From Cenarchaeum sp. (lineage in GTDB: Archaea; Thermoproteota; Nitrososphaeria; Nitrososphaerales; Nitrosopumilaceae), in assembly GCA_965206845.1 (NCBI GenBank), contig OZ242221.1, forward strand, positions 288,001-352,000: a DNA stretch of 64,000 bases, written 5' to 3'. The notes under the pieces are model-generated. The model worked only from the letters and a program-made list of their open reading frames with translations. It was not told the origin of the DNA and did no database searches. The translations under genes and the position numbers were made by a program. Of this stretch, positions 20,372-31,776 are shown one piece after another. How positions within the stretch are numbered: position 1 is the first letter of the stretch; each line of letters begins with the position of its first letter.

Positions 20372-22357
20372 CTATTCCCCTTCGGGTACCGGCTTCTTGC
20401 CTCTCAGCACCGAACCGATTCCCTTCCTTGCCTCGATTATCGGCAGGCCGACTATGAAGAAGGTCGCGGCAGATATCCAGCAGACGGCGATTCCGGTCCA
20501 CAGGGAGAAGAAGCTGAGGTCAAAGACGTAGTTGGCAAAGAAGAGCGGCAGGGGCCAGATTATTATCAGCACGATGGTCATCAGCCCGCCTCCCTTGAGG
20601 CTGAACCTGAACGCCTTCTTGAGCACCTCCTCGTCCTGGTCCAGCTTGCTTATCTCCTTCTGGGACATCTCCACCAGCTTTATCCTCTCCTTCATCAGCT
20701 TCCAGTCGAAGCTTGTGCGCTTTATCAGGCTCCCGAAGACTGCGATCGCGCCGCCGGTCAGTATCCCGGCTATGTTGCCAAAGAGCATCGAGAAGTTGTG
20801 GCCAAGGCTCGCAAGGGACACGACGCCGCCAAACTCGGGCAGCGAGGCGGCAACGCCGGCCCAGGTGGTCAGCGCCACTGCCAGGCCCGCAATGGCCCCT
20901 ATGGTGGCGGCGTACTTGTTGGTGCCCTTCCAGATTATGGTCAGCGCAATCGGTATCACGGCAGAGCCGATGAGGACGCCCATCGCCAGGTAGACGAATC
21001 CCAGGCTCAGTCCCAGCCCCAGCAGCACAACGGCAAGGCCCCCCATCCCGAGCCCGAATCCCACGATCGTTACCCGGGAGACGCGCAGCAGCTGCTTGCC
21101 GGTGGCGTTGGGGTTCTTGTACGTCCGGTACACGTCGTACGTGATTAGCGACGACACCGCGATGAGCTCGGCGGATCCCGCCGACGTCACGGCCATGAAC
21201 AGCATAGTGAGCACCAAAACGGCGCCGACCTCGCCCATCAGCACGGTCGCGGCTGCCGGAACGGTCAGGCCCAGCTGGACCTGCTCCGGGGTGAGATCCA
21301 CCCCAAGCGCCACCGCGGTAAGCCCCATGGTGGTTGCAAGCGTGAACGGGATCGCAAACCAGCAGGCGCCCCCCAGGAGGAAGCCCTTGACGGTGGACGT
21401 CGGCTGGGCCGCGATCGCCCTCTGCCAGTACGCCTGGTCCACAAACACGGTTCCAAAGTTTCCAACTATGTTTATGATCCCAAATATCAGGCCTCCCACG
21501 GATGCCATGGTCAGGTAGGCTCCGGCCGCGTTGCCCTCCACGGGATTGATTCGCGCAGCCTCGACCAGCTTGTCGTACATCCCCTCGATGCCCCCGGTCA
21601 CCGGGCTGATAAAGTACACCGTGGCGACAAAGATCAGTATCACGGAGAATATGATTATGGTATGCATGTAGTCGGCAACAAAGGTGGCCTTGAGCCCCCC
21701 CACCAGCGTGTAGATCATCACCCCCATGGGGATCAGAAACGCCGCAAGTGAGATGTCCATGCCCGTCAGGCCGTTGACCACTGCCGCGCCGCCGAGAAGC
21801 AGCATTGCGGTCACTATCATGTTGGTCATCAGCGCGAATATCAGAAAGACACGGTGGGCACCGTCACCGTATCGTGCTCTAATGATCTCTAGAAACGTGT
21901 GCGCATGGGGTGCCTTGCGCTTCAGCTCTATTGCCAGTATGCCAAACAGGAGGACCTGTATGGACGCACCGGCTGCGTACCAGAATGGCCCACTGACTCC
22001 GTACTGGTAGGCTACCGTCGATGACTGCAGCAGCGTGGCGGCCCATGTCCAGGCTGACACGATCGCCGCCGCGGTGAGTCCGGTCTTGATCACCCTTCCT
22101 GCGGTGTTGAACCACTCAGAAGTCTTGGTGACGCCGAGGTACTTTTCCTCGATCTTGATCTCCATTGAGATCACGACCGCGAACACGGCGCCGAGGCCCA
22201 CTACAATAAACCAGCCCCAGCTCTCGTCGAGCACCTCGCCGATGACGAACCCCTCGCTTATGGCGCCCGCGCCAAAAGCGGCCTGCGGAACGACCAGCGC
22301 GGCAAGCGCGGCGAGCGCAAGGATGGGCAAAAATTTCCCGCTCCCTGCCAAAGTCAT
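20372..22357 (-). CDS. Sodium:solute symporter, DUR3-like urea active transporter
   Basis: SAWTWAATLLQSS, GNFGTVFVDQAYWQRAIAA and many TM helices. Lies near the urease genes. Start uncertain. Confidence 0.9.
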   Translation of the reverse strand: MTLAGSGKFLPILALAALAALVVPQAAFGAGAISEGFVIGEVLDESWGWFIVVGLGAVFAVVISMEIKIEEKYLGVTKTSEWFNTAGRVIKTGLTAAAIVSAWTWAATLLQSSTVAYQYGVSGPFWYAAGASIQVLLFGILAIELKRKAPHAHTFLEIIRARYGDGAHRVFLIFALMTNMIVTAMLLLGGAAVVNGLTGMDISLAAFLIPMGVMIYTLVGGLKATFVADYMHTIIIFSVILIFVATVYFISPVTGGIEGMYDKLVEAARINPVEGNAAGAYLTMASVGGLIFGIINIVGNFGTVFVDQAYWQRAIAAQPTSTVKGFLLGGACWFAIPFTLATTMGLTAVALGVDLTPEQVQLGLTVPAAATVLMGEVGAVLVLTMLFMAVTSAGSAELIAVSSLITYDVYRTYKNPNATGKQLLRVSRVTIVGFGLGMGGLAVVLLGLGLSLGFVYLAMGVLIGSAVIPIALTIIWKGTNKYAATIGAIAGLAVALTTWAGVAASLPEFGGVVSLASLGHNFSMLFGNIAGILTGGAIAVFGSLIKRTSFDWKLMKERIKLVEMSQKEISKLDQDEEVLKKAFRFSLKGGGLMTIVLIIIWPLPLFFANYVFDLSFFSLWTGIAVCWISAATFFIVGLPIIEARKGIGSVLRGKKPVPEGE

Positions 22358-22774
22358 GACATTACACACCCGGCAATTTTATTTATCAATTCCAAACGCA
22401 ACTTTCTTTATATAGTGGGATCGAACCCCCTGCCGCGGCATGCGCCTGCCAGGATGCGCGCCATGCATCCTAGGCATCGCGGTCCGCGCCTGACGCACCC
22501 AGGGAAAGGCAGGACGGATCTCTGCCGACGTCGACTAGAGATCAGTGTCGAGCCGGGTGCGGAGGATCGCACGCATGAGCAGACATCAGGATGGCAGGGT
22601 TCTAGCCTGCGCACGTCCGGGCACTGGCACGAATCGCAATGCGCAGGCTCCCGATCACGGCAAACGAGTAGAACGTTTAAATCCGCCACACCTGGAGAAC
22701 TGTTGACATCGTTTCAAACCGTTCGGGGAAACAGGCCGGCAGCCAGTGCGTTTTGGCTGCTGGCCATTATTTGT

Positions 22775-24544
22775 TCATCTCAACGTCAAGAGCTGCCTTA
22801 TCTGCCGGCGCACATACTCAAAGCCGTCCTGCCAGAACCCCGCAGAGGAGATATCCATGTCGTGCTGTAGAAGGAGTGACTCGGTCTTCTGGGAGCCGCC
22901 GGCGGAGAGTATCTCAAGGTACGATGGGACAAAGTCGGCGCCCTCCTTCTTGTATCTCTGGAATAGGGACAGCGCAAGCAGGTTTCCAAAGGAGTAGGCG
23001 TAGCAGTAAAACGGGGCATGGTAAAAGTGAGGTATGCAGCTCCACTCCAGCGCAAAGTCATCGGATATCTCAACCGAGCTCCCAAACTGTTTCTGCAGGT
23101 TCCGCAGGTATGTCTTTGACAGCTCGGCCACCGTGGTGCTTGCCGCAATCTGTTTGTGGGCATCAACCTCAAAGAGTGTGAAGAACGACTGCCTCATTAT
23201 GGTGGCGTACAGGTCGCCTATCTTTTCTGCAAGCATAAACCGCCCCTCCTCTTCTGGTATCTTCTCAACCAGGCTGTCATAGAGCAGCAGCTCTGAGAAC
23301 GTGGATGCGGTCTCGGCCAGGGGCAGGGACGCGCTCTGTACCAGAATGGATCTGCCTGCAGCGGCCTGGCTGTGGATCGCGTGTCCCAGCTCGTGCGCCA
23401 GTGTAAACACGTCTCGGAGCTTGCCGGTAAAGTTGACAAGCACAAAAGGTGTGACCCGCGGAGACAGGGTGCTGCAAAAGGCGCCGTCCCTCTTTCCCGG
23501 CCGCAGTAAGGAGTCCACATGGTTCTGGTCAAGCACCTTCTTGGCAAAGCCGGACATCACCGGGCTGAACCGGCCTAGGGACTCCAAGACGAGCCTTATC
23601 GAGTGGTCATACGAGTAGCTCCTCTCCCTGGCTCTTGCGGTTATCGGCGCATAGAGGTCATACCTTCGCAGCCTCGCCAAGTCCAGCATCTTTGCCTTCT
23701 GCACAAAGAACTCCCGGAATATGGGCGCGTTCTTCTCGCATACCCGCAGCAACGAGTCCACCGTCTTGTCATCCACATCGTTTGCGATATTTCTCACGGA
23801 CACCGGAGTCCGGTATCCCCTGAGCTGAATCCCTTCGTCCCTCCAGTTGAGAACGATATTCTGGTAGATCTCGCCTAGAACCCCCTTGTCTTCTTCAAAC
23901 CGCTCAAAGAGCGCAGCGTATGCGGCCTGTCGTGTTTTGGGGTTTGCGCTCCTTACAAGGCCGGCAAGTTCCTCCCGGGCCATCTTTCTCCTTCTGCCTC
24001 CGACCATTACACGGTACTCAAAGGCATTCGTAATCTTGTCGTATATCTTTACCAGAGCCGACGCACCGGTAGCATCCAGTATGTTGATCAGCTTCTCTTC
24101 AGGCTCCGAGAGCGTATACGCCGAAACGAGCCTCTGATGCCGGAGGTATCCTGCTAGGTCGCCTACATCCTGCATCAGTCGGACGGCGTTCCCCTCGTCC
24201 ACGGATCTCTTCCACCACAGGTCAAAGAACAGCACCTGGTTTGAGATGTCCGCTCCGAGCTTTGTCATCCGGGTCACAAGCGACGTGGCCTGATCCGACT
24301 GGGTATCTGCCGCATACTGTAGCGAGGCATACCCTGCCACCAGGTTGATCTCCTCTGTGATGCGCTCAAGCCTGCGAAGTATCCTGCCAAACTCTGCAGA
24401 CGAAATCTCCGGTGCGAGTCCGTCCTTGAGGCGGCCAAACGACTTGGCCTTTTTTCGTATCCGGCTTACCTGCTCCTCAAAGCCCGGCCCGGCGTCGTCC
24501 CTCACAAGCTCCGACAGGTCCCAACTAGCCGGTTCGCGCCTCAT
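22775..24544 (-). CDS. pepF: M3-family oligoendopeptidase F
   Basis: HELGH zinc motif, AETAS and IPHFYHAPFYCYAY. Confidence 0.9.
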   Translation of the reverse strand: MRREPASWDLSELVRDDAGPGFEEQVSRIRKKAKSFGRLKDGLAPEISSAEFGRILRRLERITEEINLVAGYASLQYAADTQSDQATSLVTRMTKLGADISNQVLFFDLWWKRSVDEGNAVRLMQDVGDLAGYLRHQRLVSAYTLSEPEEKLINILDATGASALVKIYDKITNAFEYRVMVGGRRRKMAREELAGLVRSANPKTRQAAYAALFERFEEDKGVLGEIYQNIVLNWRDEGIQLRGYRTPVSVRNIANDVDDKTVDSLLRVCEKNAPIFREFFVQKAKMLDLARLRRYDLYAPITARARERSYSYDHSIRLVLESLGRFSPVMSGFAKKVLDQNHVDSLLRPGKRDGAFCSTLSPRVTPFVLVNFTGKLRDVFTLAHELGHAIHSQAAAGRSILVQSASLPLAETASTFSELLLYDSLVEKIPEEEGRFMLAEKIGDLYATIMRQSFFTLFEVDAHKQIAASTTVAELSKTYLRNLQKQFGSSVEISDDFALEWSCIPHFYHAPFYCYAYSFGNLLALSLFQRYKKEGADFVPSYLEILSAGGSQKTESLLLQHDMDISSAGFWQDGFEYVRRQIRQLLTLR

Positions 24545-24569
24545 CGTACTGGGTCGCCCTGCTGTCAGA

Positions 24570-24824
24570 TTAAAAGTATGCCTTGTGGATGTAGCACCAC
24601 TTCCAGAGCCTGTCCGGTACCGCCTGCATTACCGGATGCCCCGTCTCCTCAAAGTGTCTTGTCGCGTGCCGCCCCACAGACGAGTCGCAGCAGCCCACAT
24701 GTCCGCACACCAGGCACATCCTGATTGCAACCCATGGGAGCCCTTCCCTTCTGCACTCCTCGCAGCCGGCGGTCTTTTGCTCCACGTCTTCACACGAGTC
24801 AAAGTGCTCGCATGTCTCCGCCAT
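24570..24824 (-). CDS. Stand-alone UBP-type zinc-finger protein
   Basis: CEEC, CLVCGHVGCCDSS and HATRHF...HP pattern. Confidence 0.9.
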   Translation of the reverse strand: MAETCEHFDSCEDVEQKTAGCEECRREGLPWVAIRMCLVCGHVGCCDSSVGRHATRHFEETGHPVMQAVPDRLWKWCYIHKAYF

Positions 24825-24952
24825 ACATGGACACCACCCCTGCAGCTAAAAAATGTTAGCTTGAATTAACTTTAATGTGTACAGATAGGCTACCCTAATT
24901 AGGCATACTTAATTTTCGCTAGCTTTAAGAGGAAAAATACGTTACATATGTT

Positions 24953-25261
24953 ATGAGCGTGTGGAGCAGGTTCTGGAAGTGGTACGAGAACAAGATTCTT
25001 GGCAGCATCGTCATAATTGCCATAATTCAGTTTATCCAGATTCCACACATGGTATGGAATGCCGACCTGTACCTCGAGACGGGGGTCATCAGCAGAATAC
25101 ACCCTGCACTTGACTGGCTCCTCTACGGGGTGGATCTGATCGAGATCGTCTCCATCGTCAACGTGGGAATGATAATGTACAGCCTCATAAAGCAGCGCCG
25201 CCAGAGAAGCGCCGCAAGAGGGATTGATGCAACACTCAACAGAGTCCAGGATGCCGCATGA
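24953..25261 (+). CDS. Small membrane protein
   Basis: Two hydrophobic segments and an AT-rich promoter region upstream. Confidence 0.75.
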   Translation: MSVWSRFWKWYENKILGSIVIIAIIQFIQIPHMVWNADLYLETGVISRIHPALDWLLYGVDLIEIVSIVNVGMIMYSLIKQRRQRSAARGIDATLNRVQDAA

Positions 25262-25291
25262 GGCACCGCCTACTAGAAAGGTAAAAATATC

Positions 25292-25867
25292 TTGCCAATC
25301 TTATTGCCTTGTATGCAGAATATAGGCAGAGTGGACAGAATAGACGAGCTGATAATTTCAGCACTTAGCAAGGACTCCAGGCAGAGCACGTTTGAGATGT
25401 GGGATTTCCTAAAGGGCTTTGGCTACAATGTCACCCAGGAGGAGATCGAGTCAAGGATATCGGCATTGGAGCAGAACAAGATTATCAAGAACTACACAAT
25501 CTCGGTAGACACCAAAAAGATTCCCGGCAGGGTTACGCGGGTGGATCTTGTAACCTTTAGAACGTCACAGGCACTTCCCAAAAGACTCGTGGGTCTAAAG
25601 AAATACCTCAAGGATGCGCCGTTTGTCATATACTCTGGCAGGACCAGGGGAAGCTATGACTGGATAACGGTAAAGTCGTTTCTGTCAAACGACATGGCAG
25701 ACGAGGAGAGCGACATATACAGAAACCTGTTTGGCGACATACTTCAGACCTTCGAGGTGTACGACTTTATACCGCAGACCGACATATCGCTTTACGGCCT
25801 GACTTACACGGAGTCCGAGTACCAAAAATTCCTCAAGGAATGGGCCCCCCCGTTTATCGGCAATTGA
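25292..25867 (+). CDS. Lrp/AsnC-like transcriptional regulator
   Basis: DRIDELIISALSKDSR wHTH start, RISALEQNKIIKNYT and GSYDW in the C-terminal domain. Confidence 0.8.
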   Translation: MPILLPCMQNIGRVDRIDELIISALSKDSRQSTFEMWDFLKGFGYNVTQEEIESRISALEQNKIIKNYTISVDTKKIPGRVTRVDLVTFRTSQALPKRLVGLKKYLKDAPFVIYSGRTRGSYDWITVKSFLSNDMADEESDIYRNLFGDILQTFEVYDFIPQTDISLYGLTYTESEYQKFLKEWAPPFIGN

Positions 25868-25927
25868 GTAGACGTCGACTGATTCTAGGCCCCTTGCCCG
25901 CGGCTACTTTTGCATCCTATGGCCGCA

Positions 25928-26740
25928 TCAACTGCGTCGCGGGCGGCTCTTTTTGTATCTCAGGCCCACGTCGATCATGTCGTGGGTGGTTCTTCTTATA
26001 CTCATAAGGTAGTTGATCAAATCCACACGGTTCGGCGGATTTGCCTTGTGTGCGTCTTCAATAAGGTCATCGATTCTGGACAGGGTTATCTTCAGCACAA
26101 GTGTGCTCTTCTTTACGATGCGAAGATCCTTGGGCTTTGTCTCTTTCCTATAGCCGGTCAGCTCCGCCTCGTCTGAGAGATCGTGCTTTCTCTTTCTTAT
26201 CTGCCGTACGGTAAGGTTGTTGCTGACAACCTCGTGAATGAGCTCGTCCTTGATGGCGCTGTCGGCGCTTGTCAGCTCCAGCGCCTGGCTTACGCTCATC
26301 TTTTGGGTCACAATCTTTTCCTTCACGGCCTGGGGCAGTTTGAGAAGCATTATTCTGTGGGATACGTACTCTTCGCTCTTTCCTATCCTCCTGCTCAGAT
26401 AGCTGACCCCGCCCCAGCCAAAATCGACCACGTACTTTTGATAGGCCTCTGCCTCCTCAAGGGGATCCATTGACTTTCTCTGCATGTTCTCTGTGAGCTG
26501 CACCTCGTACGCCTGCCTGTCTGAAAACTCCCTGATCCTGCAGGGAATGAATCGCCACCTGAGGCTTCTGCAGGCCGAAAATCTCCGGTGTCCGGCAACG
26601 ATCTCAAATCCGTGCTCCAGGGGTCGAATCACAATTGGTTGGAGCAGGCCGTGCTCCTTTATGCTGGCTTTGAGAGCGGTAAACTCGTTTGAGTCCTTGG
26701 TGTCGTCGTACCTTACTGGAAATTTTGACGGCCTGATCAT
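25928..26740 (-). CDS. ParB/Spo0J-family protein with no adjacent parA
   Basis: SIKEHGLLQPIVIR, AGHRR and ENMQRKSMDPLEEA motifs plus an HTH. Confidence 0.9.
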   Translation of the reverse strand: MIRPSKFPVRYDDTKDSNEFTALKASIKEHGLLQPIVIRPLEHGFEIVAGHRRFSACRSLRWRFIPCRIREFSDRQAYEVQLTENMQRKSMDPLEEAEAYQKYVVDFGWGGVSYLSRRIGKSEEYVSHRIMLLKLPQAVKEKIVTQKMSVSQALELTSADSAIKDELIHEVVSNNLTVRQIRKRKHDLSDEAELTGYRKETKPKDLRIVKKSTLVLKITLSRIDDLIEDAHKANPPNRVDLINYLMSIRRTTHDMIDVGLRYKKSRPRRS

Positions 26741-26974
26741 TCGCAGCTCGATTGGCTCTACAAGCGAATTGTCAAAGGGCAGCGATTTGACTCACCGCAG
26801 AATAATACGCTGCACCGTATTTAATTATTTAAGGTAGGACTGCCTGCTGCGCCGAGTCAGGCGTGGTGGTTCCCCGGGCGTACGCGTCTGCGCCAAAATG
26901 GGAAGAAAACGTGATCGCGCATGGCCGGCCCCGGCGACATGTTGCAGAGAGGAATGATCGGTGCCGGCAAAGGA

Positions 26975-28683
<1,709 letters not shown>

Positions 28684-28687
<4 letters not shown>

Positions 28688-29058
28688 GGGGGGACCTCCC
28701 CGAATCCGCCATCCCTGGCCTTTTGCAGCGCCTCGGATCTCCTCTCGTCCAGCGGACCGTTTACCAGCCCGTTGAACCCGTAGACTGTCCGATCCCCGCC
28801 ATACTCTGTAAGCTCCACCTCCCTGGAATCACCCGGCTCGAACCTTACCGACGTTCCTGCAGGGATGTTGAGGTGAAATCCGTAGGCCGCCTCCCTGGGA
28901 AACCGGAGGGCCTTGTTTACCTCAAAGAAGTGGGTGTGCGAGCCCACCTGAACCGGCCGATCCCCGGTATTGGTGACCCGGATGCGCGCGGTCTGCTTTC
29001 CCGGGTTTGCCAGAATTTCCTCATCGGAGATCATGTATTCGCCGGGCTTCATACTCAT
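28684..29058 (-). CDS. ureB: Urease beta subunit
   Basis: [12 protein letters not shown] and [12 protein letters not shown] motifs. Confidence 0.97.
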
Positions 29059-29360
29059 CACACTATTGGATCATGGACGGTCACCAGCTTGGTTCCGTCC
29101 TCAAAGGTCGCCTCCACCTGGATGGAGTAAATCAGGTCCGGCACCTCGGGCATCACATCGTCCCTTGAGAGAACCTTGCGGCCCGAGCTCATCAGCTCGG
29201 GAACCGACTTGCCGTCCCTGGCCCCCTCCAGGATGTGATCGGTGATCAGGGCAACGGCCTCGGGGTGGTTGAGCTTCAGCCCCCTGTCCCTTCTCCGCTG
29301 CGCAAGCTGGGCGGTCAGAAAGACGTACAGCTTGTCAATCTCTCTTGGGGTAAGCATCAT
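29058..29360 (-). CDS. ureA: Urease gamma subunit
   Basis: [14 protein letters not shown] and [17 protein letters not shown] motifs. Confidence 0.97.
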   Translation of the reverse strand: MMLTPREIDKLYVFLTAQLAQRRRDRGLKLNHPEAVALITDHILEGARDGKSVPELMSSGRKVLSRDDVMPEVPDLIYSIQVEATFEDGTKLVTVHDPIV

Positions 29361-29530
29361 GGCGGATGTATGCCGCCAGCGTATTTAACAATTAGTCCTT
29401 ATGCGTATTGGCGCTTTGCGTGAAAGTCGCGCGGCGGTCTTCCGGCGGCGGCGTGCCAGCCGCCAACATGCACCGAGTCGATTCGCGGCGTTTAACGGTT
29501 AATAAGCCGCAGGCTACACGGGGGCCATAC

Positions 29531-30025
29531 ATGCTGAAGATGACATCCGTTATGGGAAACGCCTTTTGCGATAACGCGTCCGGGCTTCTGGAGGGCAGAA
29601 GGTGCGGGCGCCTGAGACTGCCGCGAACCGACCTTGAAAAGAACCGAATGCGGAGGAGAACCGATGGTGGGAATGACGTTGCGGTGATGCTGGAGCCCGG
29701 GACGGTTCTGCATGACGGAGATGTCCTGACCGACGGCACAAACACGGTAGTGGTAGAGCAGCTGCCCGAGACGGTGATTGCAGCACGACCGCTGGACGGC
29801 GCGGCAGCCCCTGCCGATCTGCTGGTAATGATCGGCCACACGATAGGAAACATGCACAGGCCGGTATCAGTTGAGGACGGCACCATATACTTTCCGATTC
29901 AGGCCGAGTCGGAGATTGGGGTGTTTCAGGGGCTGTTTGCCGGCGCGGCGGGCAGGATACGGCTCTCCGTGGAGGAGAGGGTCTTCAGACCACGTCCGGG
30001 GGCAGATGTCCGCGGCCACGACTGA
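29531..30025 (+). CDS. ureE: Urease accessory protein UreE
   Basis: KNRMRRRTDGG, LHDGDVL and GHTIGNMH motifs. Start at MLKM. Confidence 0.88.
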   Translation: MLKMTSVMGNAFCDNASGLLEGRRCGRLRLPRTDLEKNRMRRRTDGGNDVAVMLEPGTVLHDGDVLTDGTNTVVVEQLPETVIAARPLDGAAAPADLLVMIGHTIGNMHRPVSVEDGTIYFPIQAESEIGVFQGLFAGAAGRIRLSVEERVFRPRPGADVRGHD

Positions 30026-30166
30026 TGCCCTGACCGCATGACATGCACAGCAGAGTGTCGCCAAGTGACGGGGACGCTAGGGCAGACCAGGGCTGCGCGC
30101 CGGTTCCGCTCCACAGACCCAGAACAGGACACCAATGTTTATTACGCAAATCCAAAAACCCTCAAA

Positions 30167-30826
30167 GTGGCAAGGATACCAAGGGTAGGCATAGGTGGAC
30201 CGGTAGGCTCTGGAAAGAGCATGCTAGTCGAGAGGGTGGTTCCCATGCTGGCGCAAAAAGGATACAGCATGAGCATCATCTCAAATGACGTAATATCAAA
30301 AGAGGATGCGGATAGAATGAGGCAGAACCTGGCCACCAAGCGCGGCCTGTTGCCGGAGAATCTCGTGGTTGGCATCGCGACAGGGGGGTGCCCGCACACC
30401 GCGGTAAGGGAGGATCCGTCAATGAACATCGCGGTAATAGAGAAGATGGAGAGGGAGCACGACGAGCTTGATCTGATCATTATAGAGAGCGGCGGGGACA
30501 ACATCACCACGACGTTCAGTCCCATCCTGGCAGACTACTTTATCTACATCATCGACGTGGCCGGCGGCGACAAGTATCCCAGAAAGGGGGGCCTCGGAAT
30601 AACGAGCTGCGACCTCTTGATAATAAACAAGATCGACCTAGCGCCGCATGTTGGCGCGGATCTTGACATAATGAGGAGTGATGCGCAAAGGATCAGGGGC
30701 GACAGGCCGTTTCTGTTCACCAACTGCATGACGGACGCAGGCATCAGGGCAGTCTCGGATCGCATCATACGCGACGTGCTCTTTGACGCGCCGCCAAAGG
30801 CCACGGTGCAAGGCCTGAAGGGATGA
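30167..30826 (+). CDS. ureG: Urease accessory GTPase UreG
   Basis: GGPVGSGKS, GGCPH, ESGGDN and NKID motifs. Probable GTG start at 30167. Confidence 0.95.
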   Translation: MARIPRVGIGGPVGSGKSMLVERVVPMLAQKGYSMSIISNDVISKEDADRMRQNLATKRGLLPENLVVGIATGGCPHTAVREDPSMNIAVIEKMEREHDELDLIIIESGGDNITTTFSPILADYFIYIIDVAGGDKYPRKGGLGITSCDLLIINKIDLAPHVGADLDIMRSDAQRIRGDRPFLFTNCMTDAGIRAVSDRIIRDVLFDAPPKATVQGLKG

Positions 30827-31737
30827 ATGCGCCAGAATACTACACCCCGCAGGACATCCCCCCATTGATAGGCAGGTATGACGCAGAGGTGAGACAGCTT
30901 GGAGTGGGCAGAACAGGAAAGGTCGGAATCGCAGACGTGGAGCTGCGGGGGGACGGCGCGGGAAAGACCGTCATCGCGAGGCAGTTCTCCCAGGTGCCGT
31001 TGCAGATCCAGCGGGCCATATATCCGGAGGCATCACTGCCCGGCATGGCCCGCCTTTACATCATGTCCCCGTCGGGAGGCGTCCTGCAGGGAGACAGGTA
31101 CCGAATCGACGTCGCGCTAAAGGATGCGGCCGCGTCCCAGATTACAACCCAGGGAGCAACGAGGGTGTACGGGATGAATTCGAACTTTGCCACACAGATG
31201 GTAAACATCACGCTGGGGAAGGGCTGCTATCTGGAGTACATCCCCCACCAGATAATCCCCTACAGGAACTCCAGGTACTACCAGAGGATGTGCCTGGATG
31301 TCCACGACGATGCCACGCTGATCTACTCGGAGGTGCTGGCCCCGGGAAGAGAGTCCATGGGGGAAGCATTCGAGTACGACGCATGCTGCCTGAAGACGGT
31401 ATGCCGGAACCAGGACGGCAGGATGCGGTTCCTAGAGAACTCTAGGATAGAGCCGAGCGGCAGGGAGACAAGGGGCCTGGGAGTCCTACGGGGGTACGGC
31501 ACGTTGGGGACGGTCTACATCTTTTTTGGTGGCGACGCGGCCGGAGTCGAAGAGAGCATAGGTCAGGGGGGCGAAAAAAACGACGGCACCATATCCGGTA
31601 CATCCCGACTCCCCAACGGGTCCGGGATAATTGTCAGAATTCTTGGAGACAGGACAGAGGATGTTCTTAACGCAGTCTCCGAGACGCTGGGAGTGTGCAG
31701 GAAGGTGGTTCCCGGATCACCGTTCTGTCGGGCCTAG
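30823..31737 (+). CDS. ureD: Urease accessory protein UreD/UreH
   Basis: SGGVLQGD, TTQGATRVY, LEYIP and PGR...GEAF motifs. Confidence 0.92.
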   Translation: MNAPEYYTPQDIPPLIGRYDAEVRQLGVGRTGKVGIADVELRGDGAGKTVIARQFSQVPLQIQRAIYPEASLPGMARLYIMSPSGGVLQGDRYRIDVALKDAAASQITTQGATRVYGMNSNFATQMVNITLGKGCYLEYIPHQIIPYRNSRYYQRMCLDVHDDATLIYSEVLAPGRESMGEAFEYDACCLKTVCRNQDGRMRFLENSRIEPSGRETRGLGVLRGYGTLGTVYIFFGGDAAGVEESIGQGGEKNDGTISGTSRLPNGSGIIVRILGDRTEDVLNAVSETLGVCRKVVPGSPFCRA

Positions 31738-31776
31738 CGGCAGAGCCGCATCTTGTACCTGTCGGGATCGCAGCCA

